A stretch of 64,000 bases of DNA from an uncultured Planctomycetaceae bacterium (lineage in GTDB: Bacteria > Planctomycetota > Planctomycetia > Isosphaerales > Isosphaeraceae): NCBI GenBank assembly GCA_963833985.1, contig CAWIAD010000002.1:640001-704000 (forward strand). Direction: 5' to 3'. The position numbers and the translations under genes are program-made. Below the pieces are notes generated by a model. The model was not told the origin of the DNA and did not search any database. It saw nothing but the letters and a program-made list of their open reading frames with translations. Below are positions 21,836-36,918 of the stretch, in pieces (within the stretch, counting starts at the first letter, position 1; each line of letters starts with the position of its first letter).

Positions 21836-22987
21836 ATGAATGTCTTCCACTGCGATCACTGCGACCAGCTTGTCTTCTTCGAGAACACCGTCTGCGTGAA
21901 GTGCGGGAACACGCTTGCCTATCTGCCGGACCTGGCCGACATGGGGTCGCTCTCGCCGGCGGGCGAGAACCTCTGGCGCTCACCCCTGCCCGTGACCGAA
22001 GGCCGTCTCTACCGCCTCTGCGAGAACTACACTGCGCACAATGTCTGCAACTGGGTGGTTCCCGAGGAAGATCCCAACATCTACTGCCAATCCTGTCGCT
22101 TGACGCGCGTCATCCCCAACCTCTCCAGGCCGGCGCACAAGGAGGCCTGGTACAAGCTCGAGGTGGCCAAGCGCCGGCTGATTTACAGCCTGCTTGTACT
22201 CGGCTGTCCCCTGGAGAGCAAGCTCGAGCAGCCCGAGAGCGGGCTGGCCTTCGAGTTCCTGGCCGATCCCGAGATCGAAGGCGAGCCCAAGGTCCTCACG
22301 GGCCACGCCGACGGCGTCATCACGCTGAACATCGCCGAGGCCGACGATCTGGAACGCGAACGCAGGCGGCTCGGACTGCACGAGCCGTACCGCACGCTGC
22401 TGGGCCATTTCCGGCACGAGGTCGGGCATTACTACTGGGATCGGCTGATCAAGGGCAGTCCCCGGATCGACGACTACCGTGAACTCTTCGGCGATGAGCG
22501 GCAAGACTACGCCCAGGCGCTTCAGCATCACTACAATTTCGGACCACGTGCCGACTGGCAAGACCGGCACGTCAGCGCCTACGCCAGCGTGCACCCATGG
22601 GAGGACTGGGCCGAGACCTGGGCGCACTACCTGCACATGACCGATACGCTCGAAACGGCATCGGCCTGCGGTCTGACCCTGAGGCCCGGCCGCGCCAATG
22701 AGCCCACGCTCAAGGAGCCTCCGCCCGCATTACCCGATGCGCGGTTCACGGCCTTTGACCGGCTGATCGACGCGTGGTACCCGCTCACCTATGTGCTCAA
22801 CAACCTCAACCGCGGCCTGGGGCTGCCGGACGGCTACCCGTTTGTGCTCTCACCGCCGGCGGTGGAGAAACTGAAGTTCGTGCACGAGACGGTGAATCCG
22901 GACAGCACGCGTGAGAGCCTGCCGTTCTGGGGCTTCCTGACCAGGCTCGCGAGGTCGGCGGCTCAATTGAATTTCATGATGGGCTGA
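21836..22987 (+). CDS. Zinc-ribbon + putative zinc-binding metallopeptidase
   Basis: CxxC...FFENTVCxxC, TGHADGVIT, RHEVGHYYW (HExxH), HPWEDWAETWAHYLH. Confidence 0.85.
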   Translation: MNVFHCDHCDQLVFFENTVCVKCGNTLAYLPDLADMGSLSPAGENLWRSPLPVTEGRLYRLCENYTAHNVCNWVVPEEDPNIYCQSCRLTRVIPNLSRPAHKEAWYKLEVAKRRLIYSLLVLGCPLESKLEQPESGLAFEFLADPEIEGEPKVLTGHADGVITLNIAEADDLERERRRLGLHEPYRTLLGHFRHEVGHYYWDRLIKGSPRIDDYRELFGDERQDYAQALQHHYNFGPRADWQDRHVSAYASVHPWEDWAETWAHYLHMTDTLETASACGLTLRPGRANEPTLKEPPPALPDARFTAFDRLIDAWYPLTYVLNNLNRGLGLPDGYPFVLSPPAVEKLKFVHETVNPDSTRESLPFWGFLTRLARSAAQLNFMMG

Positions 22988-24950
22988 TCGACGGCGAGGC
23001 TGTCACCCGGCTTGGCCATCACCTCGGCGACCACGCAGTCGTTCTCGGCCCTGAGGATGTTCTGCATCTTCATGGCCTCGATGACGGCCAGGTTTTCCCC
23101 CGCGCGCACTTCCTGGCCCGGCGCGCCGCAACCTGGATCAGCAGGCCCGGCATGGGTGAGAGCAGGAACCTGGAGAGGTCCGGCGGAGGCTTGTCGGGCA
23201 TGAGTGCCAGCAGCTCCGCGGCGCGGCCCGTCATGACGATCGCATCAACCTGGGTGCCAAAGTGCATGACCCTGTATTTCAGGCCCATGCGCTCGATCTG
23301 CACGCAGATCGGGGTGCCGTTCCAGCTCCCGCGGAGCAAGATCTCGCCCAGCTTCCAGTGCGTGCGCAGCGAGCAGGTGCGGCCTTCGCAGGCGATCTCG
23401 CAGCCGTCCTCGAGCAGATCGACGGTCAGGTGGAATCGCTCGGACTGCATGAGCACGACCCATTCCCTGCCGACCCGGCGCTCGTGCCCCTTGAGCTGGC
23501 CGGTGATCCGCGTCGCCCGGTGGATGTACCTTCTGCGGGCGTAGGCGGCAACGGACGCCAGCAAGAGCGGGTCCTCGTGGCGGAGCGTCGAGGGATGGAA
23601 ACCCCTGGGGAACTCCTCGGCGATCAGGCCGGTGTGGATGTCGCCAGAGACGAACCGGGGGTGGCGAGTCAGCGCTGACTGGAACGCCAGGTTGGACGAG
23701 ACGCCACGGATGACGAAGGCATTGAGCGCATCCTGCATGCGGCCGATGGCCTCGCTGCGCGTCGCGCCGTGGGTGATCAGCTTCGCGATCATCGAATCAT
23801 AGTACATCGAGATCTCATCGCCCTCGAAAACGCCGGTATCGACGCGCACGGCACCGGGCTCCTCCGGGGGAGGCAGGAACCGCACCAGCCGGCCGGTTGA
23901 CGGAAGGAAGTTGCGGAACGGGTCCTCGGCGTTGACCCGGCACTCGATGGCCCAGCCGTCGCGGCGAATCTCTTCTTGCTTGAAGGGGAGCGGCTCGCCG
24001 GCGGCCACGCGGATCATCAATTCAACGATATCCAGCCCGGTGATGAGCTCCGTGACCGGGTGCTCCACCTGGAGCCGCGTGTTCATCTCCAGGAAGTAGA
24101 AGCTCCGGTCCTTGCCCACGACGAACTCGACGGTCCCGGCCGACTGGTAGTGCACCGCCCTGGCCAGCGCCACGGCTTGCTCGCCCATGGCCCGGCGCGT
24201 CGCCTCGTCGAGAAATGGGCTCGGCGCCTCCTCGATGACCTTCTGATGCCGGCGCTGGATCGAGCACTCGCGTTCCCAGAGGTAGACCACGCTTCCGACC
24301 GCGTCGCCCAGAACCTGAATCTCGATATGCCGCGGTTCCTCGACGAACTTCTCGATGAAGACGCGGTCATCACCGAAGGCGTTTTTGGCCTCGGCCTGGC
24401 AGGACGTGAAGCCCTCCGCGGCCTCCTTGTCGTTCCAGGCCACGCGCAGTCCGCGGCCCCCGCCGCCGGCGGACGCCTTGATCATCACCGGATAGCCGAG
24501 CTTCCGCGCAATCTCGACTGCCTGCGCGGGAATCTCGATCGGGTCGTTGTAGCCGGGAATCGTGTTCACCCGGGCGTCCCGGGCGAGCCTCTTGGAGGCG
24601 ATCTTGTCTCCCATCGCCGCGATGGACTCGTGCTTGGGGCCGATGAAGATGATGCCTTCGCGCTCCAGCCGGCGGGCGAACTCCTCGTTCTCGGAGAGAA
24701 AGCCGTAACCCGGATGGAGGGCCTCGGCGCCAGTCTCCTTGCAGGCGGCTATGATGCGATCGATCGCCAGGTACGACTCCTTCGTCGGCGGCGGCCCGAT
24801 GCAGACCGACTCGTCGGCAAGATCGACATGCCGTGCGATCTTGTCGGCCTGGGAGTACACGGCCACGGTGCGGATGCCCATCCTGCGCGCGGTCTTGATG
24901 ACGCGGCAGGCGATCTCTCCTCGATTGGCGATCAGGATTTTCTGAAACAT
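22963..24950 (-). CDS. pccA: Propionyl-CoA carboxylase alpha subunit (biotin carboxylase + biotin carrier; frameshift near 23120)
   Basis: ANRGEIACR, HPGYGFLSEN, ERECSIQRRHQK, EMNTRLQVEHP; the EAMKM biotin domain continues in another frame to TGA at 22963. Confidence 0.92.
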
Positions 24951-25058
24951 GGCTGCCTCGCAAGTCAGTGTGCACAGATCCGCCGAGGACCGAGCGGCGA
25001 TCGGTCACCGGCGCTGACACCACGTTGTGTCCTGCCACTCCGCCGCGCTTCCGGCGTC

Positions 25059-26591
<1,533 letters not shown>

Positions 26592-26694
26592 GAGGCACCT
26601 CGGCGAATCAGGATAAATGCGATCTTGTGTGACGGCGATCGTGTACCCGCGAGGAAGAACCCTTTCCCTGCCGCGCGACGGCCTGCCGCGGTTG

Positions 26695-27712
26695 TCACTC
26701 CCCTTTCCGTGTGCCGTCGAGGTATCCCAGGAGACGGTGGGCCGCGGCGGTGGGGCTTTGCGTGCCGGCCGCCACGGCGCGGCTGATCGCCTCGAGGTTG
26801 TGCTTCACCTGGAGGTTCTGCTGGAACCCCGCGCAGCGCGCCGTCGATCAGCGCCCACATCCAGTCCACCGCCTGCCGTTGCCGCTTGGTTTCCAGCTCA
26901 CCGGTCTCGGTCATGACCTTGTGAAAGCGTTCCAGCTCATGCCAGAACGTGTCAATGCCCTCACCGGTCAACGCGCTCAGCGTGAGCACGGGTGGACGCC
27001 AGTGGGCCGACGCGCTGCGCAGCATCGAGAGCGCCCCCACGAACTGGTGCTTCGCCAGGGCGGCCGCCTTGGCGTCGATGTCGGCCTTGGTGATGACGAT
27101 GATGTCGGCCAGCTCGACGATCCCTTTCTTGATCGCCTGCAAGTCGTCGCCTGCATTGGGAAGCTGGAGCAGTACGAACGCGTCGACCATGCCGGCGACC
27201 GTCGTCTCCGACTGGCCGACGCCCACGGTCTCCACCAGGATGACATCGAAGCCGGCCGCCTCGCAGACCAGCATCGCCTCACGCGTCTTCTCGGCCACGC
27301 CGCCCAGTGAACCGCGCGACGGCGAGGGCCGGATGAACGAGTTCGGCTCCTGGCAAAGCCGCTCCATACGCGTCTTGTCGCCCAGGATCGATCCGCCCGA
27401 GATCGTGCTGGACGGATCGACGGCCAGGACCGCGACCCGATGCCCCTGGGCAATCACATGCAGCCCCAGCGCCTCGATGAACGTGGATTTTCCCGAGCCC
27501 GGCGCTCCACTGATTCCCAGCCGGAGCGAGCCCCCCGTGCGCGGCAGGATCGCCTCCACCACGGCCTCGGCACGCGCCTGGTGATCGCGCCGTTGCGACT
27601 CCAGCAGAGTGATGGTCTTGGCCAGCGCCCGGGTCTGACGCGCGAGTACGCCTTCAACCAGCTTCTGGTCGGCGGCCTCGAGCAGTAGCTTGCCGGTCGC
27701 GTTGTCTTTCAT
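26695..27712 (-). CDS. meaB: Methylmalonyl-CoA mutase-associated GTPase (frameshift near 26835)
   Basis: [38 protein letters not shown]; the corrected C-terminus [10 protein letters not shown] ends at TGA 26695. Confidence 0.92.
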
Positions 27713-27868
27713 CGTACGGAATGCAGCGCCAGGCGGCTCCGGCCTGCCCCTGTTCGGCAGGGATGCAGGGCGAACCTCATTATGAAGCCGCCCCAGGCCG
27801 GAAGCCAGTCTCCCGTCGCCGCGATCGCCACGAATCCCAGCCTGACCGTGATAGGCGCGCCACGGCGG

Positions 27869-28860
27869 TCAGACCGTCACGACGACCTTGCCGACCTGCT
27901 GGTTGGATTCCAGGAAGCGGTGGGCCTCGACGATTTCAGCGAGCGGGAACGTCCGGGCGATGATCGGCTTCAGACGGCCCTCGGCGAGCCCTTCGTTGAC
28001 AAATTGCTTGCCTCGTTCCAGGCGCTGCGGGTCCCCCGTGATCTCCATCAGGACGTAGCCGCGGATGGTCAGCCACTTGCTCAGCGTCTCCATCAAGGGC
28101 AGGGGAGTCGGCTCCGTACTCAAGGCACCGTAGAGGAAGACCGTGCCCCGATGGGACGCCGCCTGGGCGAGCTTCGCGAAGGTGGGACCGCCAACGGGGT
28201 CGAAGATGACGCGAGCGCCCTTACCGCCGGTAATACGCTTCACTTCCTGCACCAGGTCCTGCTCGTCGGTGACGACCACGTGCGCCGCTCCGGCGTCGCT
28301 GATGGCCTGCCGCTTCGATGCTCCGCGCGTGAGGGCGATGGGCACCGCCTGCACCTTGTTGGCGATCTGGATGGCGGCCAGCCCGACGCTGCTCGACGCC
28401 GCGGGGATGACGACGAACTCGCCCGCCTGGAGCGCCGCCGATGTCGATGAGTGCGCCGTAGGCCGTGAGATACTGCATCCAGACGGCCGCCGCCTCTTCC
28501 CACGACAGTGACGCGGGGTGGTGGACCACGGCATGGACGGGCGCATTTGCCAGCTCGCCGTAGAGCCCGTAGGCGTTCAGCGAGAAGCTCGGAATCGTGC
28601 TCACCGCATCGCCCACCTGGAAACCCTGAACCCCCGGCCCGATCGCTGCGACCGCTCCAGCCGCCTCGTACCCCAGGCGAGCGGGAAGCTTCGGCTCCTC
28701 CAGGTATTGCCCGCTGCGGAACATCGCCTCGGCGCGGTTCAGCCCCAGGGCGTGAACGCGGATCTGAACCTCACCCGGGCCGGGCGGAGGCACGTCGATC
28801 TCTTCCAGCTTGAGCACCTCGGGACCACCGACGGCATGAAATCGCACGACGCTGCGCCAT
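27869..28860 (-). CDS. MDR-family NADPH:quinone oxidoreductase-like protein (frameshifts near the start and near 28430)
   Basis: GGPEVLKLEE, GLNRAE, LGYEAAG, AASSSVGLAAIQ, GKVVV. Confidence 0.85.
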
Positions 28861-28994
28861 GGCTCTCTCCTGATGTCAGGAATTCGAAAGCGGACGGTTT
28901 TCCTGGATTCTAGACAACGGGGCAAGGGGGTGAACGCACTGGCTCCCCGGGCCGACCCCGGCAATGACATGCCGGAGGTTCTCCAGGCGCAAGC

Positions 28995-31013
28995 TCACGG
29001 CTCCATCAACGGCCGGGCAATGTGGAAACCATCGATGATCACATCACCGTCTCCGCAGGCAATGAGCTCCACACGGTGCGGGCCGGGCGTGAGGTTGCGA
29101 ACCAGCGGAACAGAGAACACGCGCCGCTCCGCGCCGCGGACGTGAACGGCGGGGGCCACCGTGCGGAGCACATGGAACTGGAACCTGTCGCCGGCGCGGT
29201 TTCCGTACACCACCTTGCCGCCCGGCAGAAGGCTCGTGTTGTGACGCCAGAGCGCCGGATTGATGGCGATCTGGGCCGAGCGGCTGACGAACGGCCGCAC
29301 GTTGTTGCCGACGCCGTCGGGACCGGTGACGGCCCCCTCCAGCCGGTAGTCGCCCGCGTCGCTGGTCATGACAATCGACCACTCCTGCGGCACGATCCCG
29401 GCCCGCAGCACAACGGCATGCGGGGCCACGTCGCCGGGGCCGGGACCGTTCAGTACCGGCGGGCCAGGCCCTGGCCGAGGCAGAATGAAATCCATCGCGA
29501 ACGCCGCGCAGGCGTCCGGTTCCTGGCCGTCGACGCGCACGCGGGCGGTCCCGCCGTCAGCAGCCGTCAGGCCGATGAGCGTGAGCTGGCTGCCGGTGAA
29601 CCGCACCTCGATCCGCGCCTCACTGCTCCGCGTGCGCACGGCGCCGCCCGCTCGCGTCCAGCCTTCCGAGAGCACCACCCCGTCCGACCCGCCGGGCGAG
29701 GCAGTCGCGGCGCGGATGATCCGCTCGCGGCCATCAGGCAGGCCCACCGACTCTTGAGCCGGCGGCGCGATATGCCGGACGATGTTGTCCCAGATCCGGA
29801 TCACCCCGTGCCGGTTCTGATGTACGGCGTCGACGAGCAGATCGCGCGGAGACATCGCCTGACGCCGCAGGTACGAGGCGAGCTCACGGCGGTTGTCAAT
29901 GAACTCGGCGCGGTGCTTGCGGCAGATGGTGCGGATCGCCTCCCAGTCGACCACCCCGCGCTCCACGTCCTCATCGCTCAGCGTACTGTTCTCGAAGAAA
30001 TGGAGGCTGGGCACGATCACGTCGGCCGTGCTGCGGCTGCGGATGGAGCCGAGCAGCGCATCGAGCCCTTCCGGGCTGCCGTTGGTGTACGTGAGGATGA
30101 GATCGGGCTCGTCGGCCGCGACGAACTGCTCAACCCAGCCTCGCACGTAGTCCCAGGGCGTGCCCGATCCGGCATGTTTGCGATAAACAAGTTCTGGCGC
30201 TTTGGGGAACCGCTCGCGTATGGCGCGGAGGAGCGGATAGCCGTCGCCCTGGAAGTTGGTCCAGCTTGAGCCGATGGCCCAGATCAGAAATGGCTTCCCG
30301 GGGACCCCGCGGCCCTGCCACTTGGCGATCGAGAGCGCCAGATTCTGGCCGGCGCCCGGCACTGGCGAGTCGTCGTAGTAAGGCAATACCGCGCGTTCGG
30401 CGGCATAGGCAGCCGACATCTCCTCCCAGGTGGCAGTGCGCAGGCGGAGGTCGTCCACGGCGATGAACTCGCCGGCGTGACCGCCTTGCATCGGCTGGAT
30501 CTGGAGCCGGATGGTGCGGGCATCGGCCGGCGCCAGCACGAAGTAGGCCAGGTGCCTCCAGCGGCCGTCTGTTGCAGGCACGCCCGGGTAATGGTCGCCG
30601 AAGGTCCTGAGCCGCAGGTCGGCGTTGAACTCCACCGCCGCCCACTCGGCGACCGGCGACCGGAGCCAGAATGAGAGAAGGTGCGGCCGGCCCGGCTCGA
30701 TCCGCAGCCAGGGCGTCATGAGGACCCCGCCCTTGCCCGCCGGGATCCGCGTGTACCGCCGGCCCTGCGGAGCATCGTCCGCCGTGACGACCTCACCTCC
30801 CGCCGGCCAGCTCGGCGGCCGGTCGCTGGCCTCAAAGTCAGCTGCCGGGATGGAGATCTCAACGGTTCCCGCCGGTGGTCCCGACCGCGTCTCCAGCACG
30901 ACGTAGCACCCAAGCCGCTCGGGCAGCGCACGCTGCTGCGCCTGCACTGCCGGGAGCCAGATCGAAGTCATGAGGAATGTCGCCAAACCCACTCTCAGGG
31001 AGATGCCGCTCAT
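28995..31013 (-). CDS. Secreted hypothetical protein with SGNH-hydrolase-like core and beta-sandwich domains
   Basis: Signal peptide ending AVQA; WAIGSSWT, PDLILTYTNG and DAVH resemble SGNH blocks I, III and V. Confidence 0.55.
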   Translation of the reverse strand: MSGISLRVGLATFLMTSIWLPAVQAQQRALPERLGCYVVLETRSGPPAGTVEISIPAADFEASDRPPSWPAGGEVVTADDAPQGRRYTRIPAGKGGVLMTPWLRIEPGRPHLLSFWLRSPVAEWAAVEFNADLRLRTFGDHYPGVPATDGRWRHLAYFVLAPADARTIRLQIQPMQGGHAGEFIAVDDLRLRTATWEEMSAAYAAERAVLPYYDDSPVPGAGQNLALSIAKWQGRGVPGKPFLIWAIGSSWTNFQGDGYPLLRAIRERFPKAPELVYRKHAGSGTPWDYVRGWVEQFVAADEPDLILTYTNGSPEGLDALLGSIRSRSTADVIVPSLHFFENSTLSDEDVERGVVDWEAIRTICRKHRAEFIDNRRELASYLRRQAMSPRDLLVDAVHQNRHGVIRIWDNIVRHIAPPAQESVGLPDGRERIIRAATASPGGSDGVVLSEGWTRAGGAVRTRSSEARIEVRFTGSQLTLIGLTAADGGTARVRVDGQEPDACAAFAMDFILPRPGPGPPVLNGPGPGDVAPHAVVLRAGIVPQEWSIVMTSDAGDYRLEGAVTGPDGVGNNVRPFVSRSAQIAINPALWRHNTSLLPGGKVVYGNRAGDRFQFHVLRTVAPAVHVRGAERRVFSVPLVRNLTPGPHRVELIACGDGDVIIDGFHIARPLMEP

Positions 31014-31168
31014 GTTCGCCCCAGAAGTTCGGCGCTCACGCAAGGCGGTCTACTGACACTCGGCGTGCGTGATCGCCCGAGCGTTCGTTCGCTGTCAGCG
31101 GGCATCGAGGCGGCAGGCACCGGCGCCTCGATGCAGGGGTGAAAAGGCCGTCCATTCGCACTTCTGAC

Positions 31169-33323
<2,155 letters not shown>

Positions 33324-34193
33324 GTTCAGGCCTCAAATGCAAATGGTCCGAGCATGTTCGCCCGGTTCGAGACGGCTTCGATGAAGCCGGCGAACGACAG
33401 GCCCGCTGACCTCGTCACCGTCAGCCAGTTGCATCCCAAAGTTCTTCCAGTCCATGCTCTCAGGCGAAACCGATCCCACCCATGAACGGGTGAGCGATAG
33501 AGGTTCGGAGCAGCCGGGAGAGGGCATCATCCGACGACGCCTGAGCCCTGAAGATACCCCAAAGCAAGCGCCGGAGCCATTGCCGAACCAGCACAACCAC
33601 GATTTTCGATCTTCCCTCTTCAAGTCCATCCTCCGTCGGGGCCTCCTTCCTCTCCCATCGATGTCGGCCCTCCCGCCCGCCACGGACGCGCGGTCACGTC
33701 ATGTCCCGGGAAGTCTGCCGCCATCGTCGTTGAGTCGCTCCGGAAGCCACGCATTTCGGAAGACCTCGTTCCTCACATCCGGGCAGAGACACCAGCGCCC
33801 CGACGGTGCGGAATTGGCTTCGTTCTCGCCATCATGCCAGCGAAGCCATCGGACGTAACTCTCTTTTTGAATGAGCTTTACATACGCATTTCCCGGGTTT
33901 TCATTTGGGTTCGGTCCGCGTTTTTTTGCAAGCAGCCGTGGCGATTCCCACATCAGGTAGGGTGCGGTCGAGCGCAGCGAGGCCCACCAGACGGCCAGGT
34001 GATGGACGCCGGCGCGCCGCCAGGCTTTCCCCTGGCGGCGCCCTGGTCCGTACAAACAACCGAAATGCCAAGGAGCCGGCGCATTGCGCCACTCTATTGA
34101 GTTTACGATGCGGACGCCGCGGATCTTGCCAACCAGTACACGGTTTGCTCTCCTTGTGCCGGCGCGGTCGGATCACTTCACCTCAGGTGCCCC

Positions 34194-34933
34194 ATGCGTC
34201 TGCTCTTCTCGTCGGTTCACTGTTACCTGGACCCCTCCGGCGGCGCGTCGTTGTGCACGCGGGAACTCCTGGAGCTGCTCGCGGCACGGGGGATGGATTG
34301 CCGCGTGCTCACGGCCGGCATCCTCGACACCGAGCGAGAAACGACCCTCGACGAGCTGCTCGGGGCGCTGGAACTTCCCGCGCAGCGATTCCACGCGGAA
34401 CGGAAATCGGGCCAGGCCGCCGAGGTGCTCGACCTGAATGTGAACGGCGTGCGGGTCACGCTCATGCCCACGGCGTCCAGCCGCGGCGAGCGGTCGCCCG
34501 ACCCGCGTGAAGCGGCGGTCTTCCTCGACCTGGCCGACCAGGTCCTCGACCGCTTCAAGCCCGGCGTCCTCTTGACCTACGGCGGCCATCCGGTCAGCCT
34601 CGCGCTCATGCACCGGGCACGACAGCGCGGCATCGCGGTCGTGTTTCACCTGCACAATTTTGGATACAACGACCGCTCGGCGTTCGCCGATGTCTCGGCG
34701 GTGATCTTCCCGTCGGAATACTCCCGGCGCTATCACACCCGGCTGCTGAACCTGGACGGCCCGGTGATCCCCGACCCGATCCCGCTCGACCCCATCGTCG
34801 CCGCGGACCCGGAGCCGAGATACCTCACGTTCATCAACCCGCAGCCTTCCAAGGGCGTCACGGTCTTCGCGCGGATCGCCGCCGAGCTGAACCAGAGCCG
34901 CCCCGAAATCCCCCTGCTGTAGCTGGAAAGCCG
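34194..34933 (+). pseudogene. Truncated GT4-family glycosyltransferase
   Basis: MRLLFSSVHCYLDPSGGA...TFINPQPSKG; in-frame TAG at 34920 followed by LESR, after which the sequence diverges and the C-terminal domain is missing. Confidence 0.7.
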
Positions 34934-35160
34934 TCGATCGTCCGACAACTGTAGGGTGTGCCCAGCGCAGCGACGACGCACCGACCCGGTGACAGCGGGG
35001 ATGGACTACCAAGCTTTGCCGGGGCGGCGATGATGAGAAAAAGCGGACCATGCCACAGGATTCACTTGACCGATGCCGACGCCGGATTTACCTTCATCGC
35101 TTGTCCCGATGCTGCATCTCCTGATCTGGTCTCTGTGACTCGTCCGCTCGCGGCTCTTCG

Positions 35161-35350
35161 TTCAGTGATCACGAGGACCGACAACGCCGACAACGGCTTG
35201 AGCTCCGGCGGCGGCTACACGTTCACCTATGATAACGAGGGCAACACGATCGGCGAGATCCAACTCTCGAGGGGCGATGTGTGGACGTTTGGCTCCGACG
35301 ACCGCAACCGCAACCGCACAACAAGCGCGGTCGAGAAGAGCTCGGGAGTC
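35161..35350 (+). pseudogene. RHS/YD-repeat gene remnant
   Basis: YTFTYDNEGN...GDVWTFGSDDRNR...SAVEKSSG, degenerate YD repeats. Confidence 0.65.
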
Positions 35351-35495
35351 ACGAAGCTGGAGCGGAAGAACTTGAGGTTGGGTGGTGCGACGGGACGCCC
35401 TTACGGCGCCGACGCCTGGAGCGCCGGGACCGCAGGCTGCCTGCCTTGGAATATGGCCTCCGACCAGGGACGGCAGCCCCGAGCCAGGCATAAAC
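35350..35495 (+). pseudogene. C-terminal remnant of a REP-associated/IS200-like tyrosine transposase (RAYT)
   Basis: Across frames EELE...GRPYGADAWS..TA...LEYGLRP..RQPR, which resembles the RAYT C-terminal GRPxG..W...LGLE.TLRPRGRP tail as recalled. Confidence 0.5.
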
Positions 35496-35996
35496 AGAAA
35501 GCACGATCACGGTGTCTATCCCAGATTGCCCAGTCTTCGCCGGAGAAAACTCATGTCCCGAATGCCACAAAGTTAGTCAGAAGTGCTTCATTGGCAACTG
35601 TTTGCGGAGTTCGGATCTGGGCCTAGTCATCCGCATGTATTGTTTTGGTCGTCGCTTTACGACTCGGGGCTCGACGCGTCCACGGCGCAATGGGTTGATG
35701 ACGATCCGCGCGGGCTCAGAACCCCCTTCGGACCCGATCAGCCAGCGCACCGCGTCGATCAAGCCGATCCGATCTGGATCAACGCCGCGCATGCGTGCCG
35801 ACTCCAGCATGACCGATCTTACCAGGTTATACGCCAGGCTGAAAATCGCCAGCTCTTTGAGAACCCCTTCGACTGTCTCGCAACGCAGAACATCCATCTT
35901 CATGCTAATCTTTATATGACGAAAATTGAGTTCGACTCTCCACCTCTTGTAGTAGAGTTCGGCCAGCTCTGTCGCCGGGTAGGTCGATGCGTCTAA

Positions 35997-36918
35997 GAGG
36001 GAGTTTGGAAAGTTGCGCGGTTTAGGCAGCAGCCAGCCGACGCACCATAACGTTGATCATAGCAAGATGAATCATTGACGCTGACGTTTCTGGATGGAAC
36101 TCATAATCCTTGCTCATTCGGCGAAACCGTCCCAACCAGGCGAAGGTTCGCTCCACGACCCAGCGGTGGGGCAGGAGCTTAAAACCCTTGACGTCGTCCG
36201 TTCGTTTCACGATCTCCAGGACCCAACCACACTCGCTCTTGACCCACTCCACCAATTTGCCTGCGTAGCCGCCGTCGGCCCAGACCAACTGCAGCCGTGG
36301 CAGGTCGTTCCTGATCGCATCGAAAACTGCCTTCGCCCCGTCCCGATCCTGGATACCTGCCGAATGAACGACCACAGCCAGAATCAGCCCCATGGTGTCC
36401 ACCAGGATGTGACGCTTGCGCCCCATGATCTTCTTCCCGGCATCGTATCCATCGATCCCCCCTTGCTCGTTTGTCTTTGCCGATTGGCTGTCAATGCACG
36501 CCGCGCTGGGCTCCTCGTTTCGGCCCGCTGCAACACGAACCCGTCGACGAAGAATGTCGTGAACTCGTTGGAGAGTTCCGTCACGGGACCACGCTCGAAA
36601 GTAATCGTAGACTGTGCCCGCCGGTGGAAAGTCGTGGGGCAAGAGTCGCCAGGCGCATCCGGTTCGCAACAAGTAGAAGACCGCATTGAGCACCTCGCGG
36701 ATGTTTGTGGTGCGCGGCCGGCCGCCGAACTTCCCTGCAGGAAGGAGCGGTTCGACAATCCTCCACTCTTCGTCAGTAAGATCGCTCTCATACGCCTTCC
36801 GCGCCGTGCGCTCGTCCATGATCGGGCTCCGCCCTTGTTCGATGACTACCCTTCCCCTGAGAAGATTCTGCTCAATTCAGAAAATCTGTCCAGCCCACCC
36901 AAGTTTCCGAACTCCCTC
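35997..36918 (-). mobile_element. IS5-family (IS1031-like) element, 922 bp
   Basis: IRs GAGGGAGTT(T/C)GGAAA; 3 bp TAA duplication at 35994-35996 and 36919-36921. Confidence 0.92.
36022..36819 (-). CDS. IS5-family transposase (intact)
   Basis: [47 protein letters not shown]. Confidence 0.95.
   Translation of the reverse strand: MDERTARKAYESDLTDEEWRIVEPLLPAGKFGGRPRTTNIREVLNAVFYLLRTGCAWRLLPHDFPPAGTVYDYFRAWSRDGTLQRVHDILRRRVRVAAGRNEEPSAACIDSQSAKTNEQGGIDGYDAGKKIMGRKRHILVDTMGLILAVVVHSAGIQDRDGAKAVFDAIRNDLPRLQLVWADGGYAGKLVEWVKSECGWVLEIVKRTDDVKGFKLLPHRWVVERTFAWLGRFRRMSKDYEFHPETSASMIHLAMINVMVRRLAAA

Noticed and set aside
33324..34190. Cobalamin riboswitch upstream of the B12-dependent mutase
   Set aside because: I could not find the conserved GGGAA...GCCCCCGC.ACTGT or B12-box elements by eye. 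An Rfam/Infernal search would be decisive.
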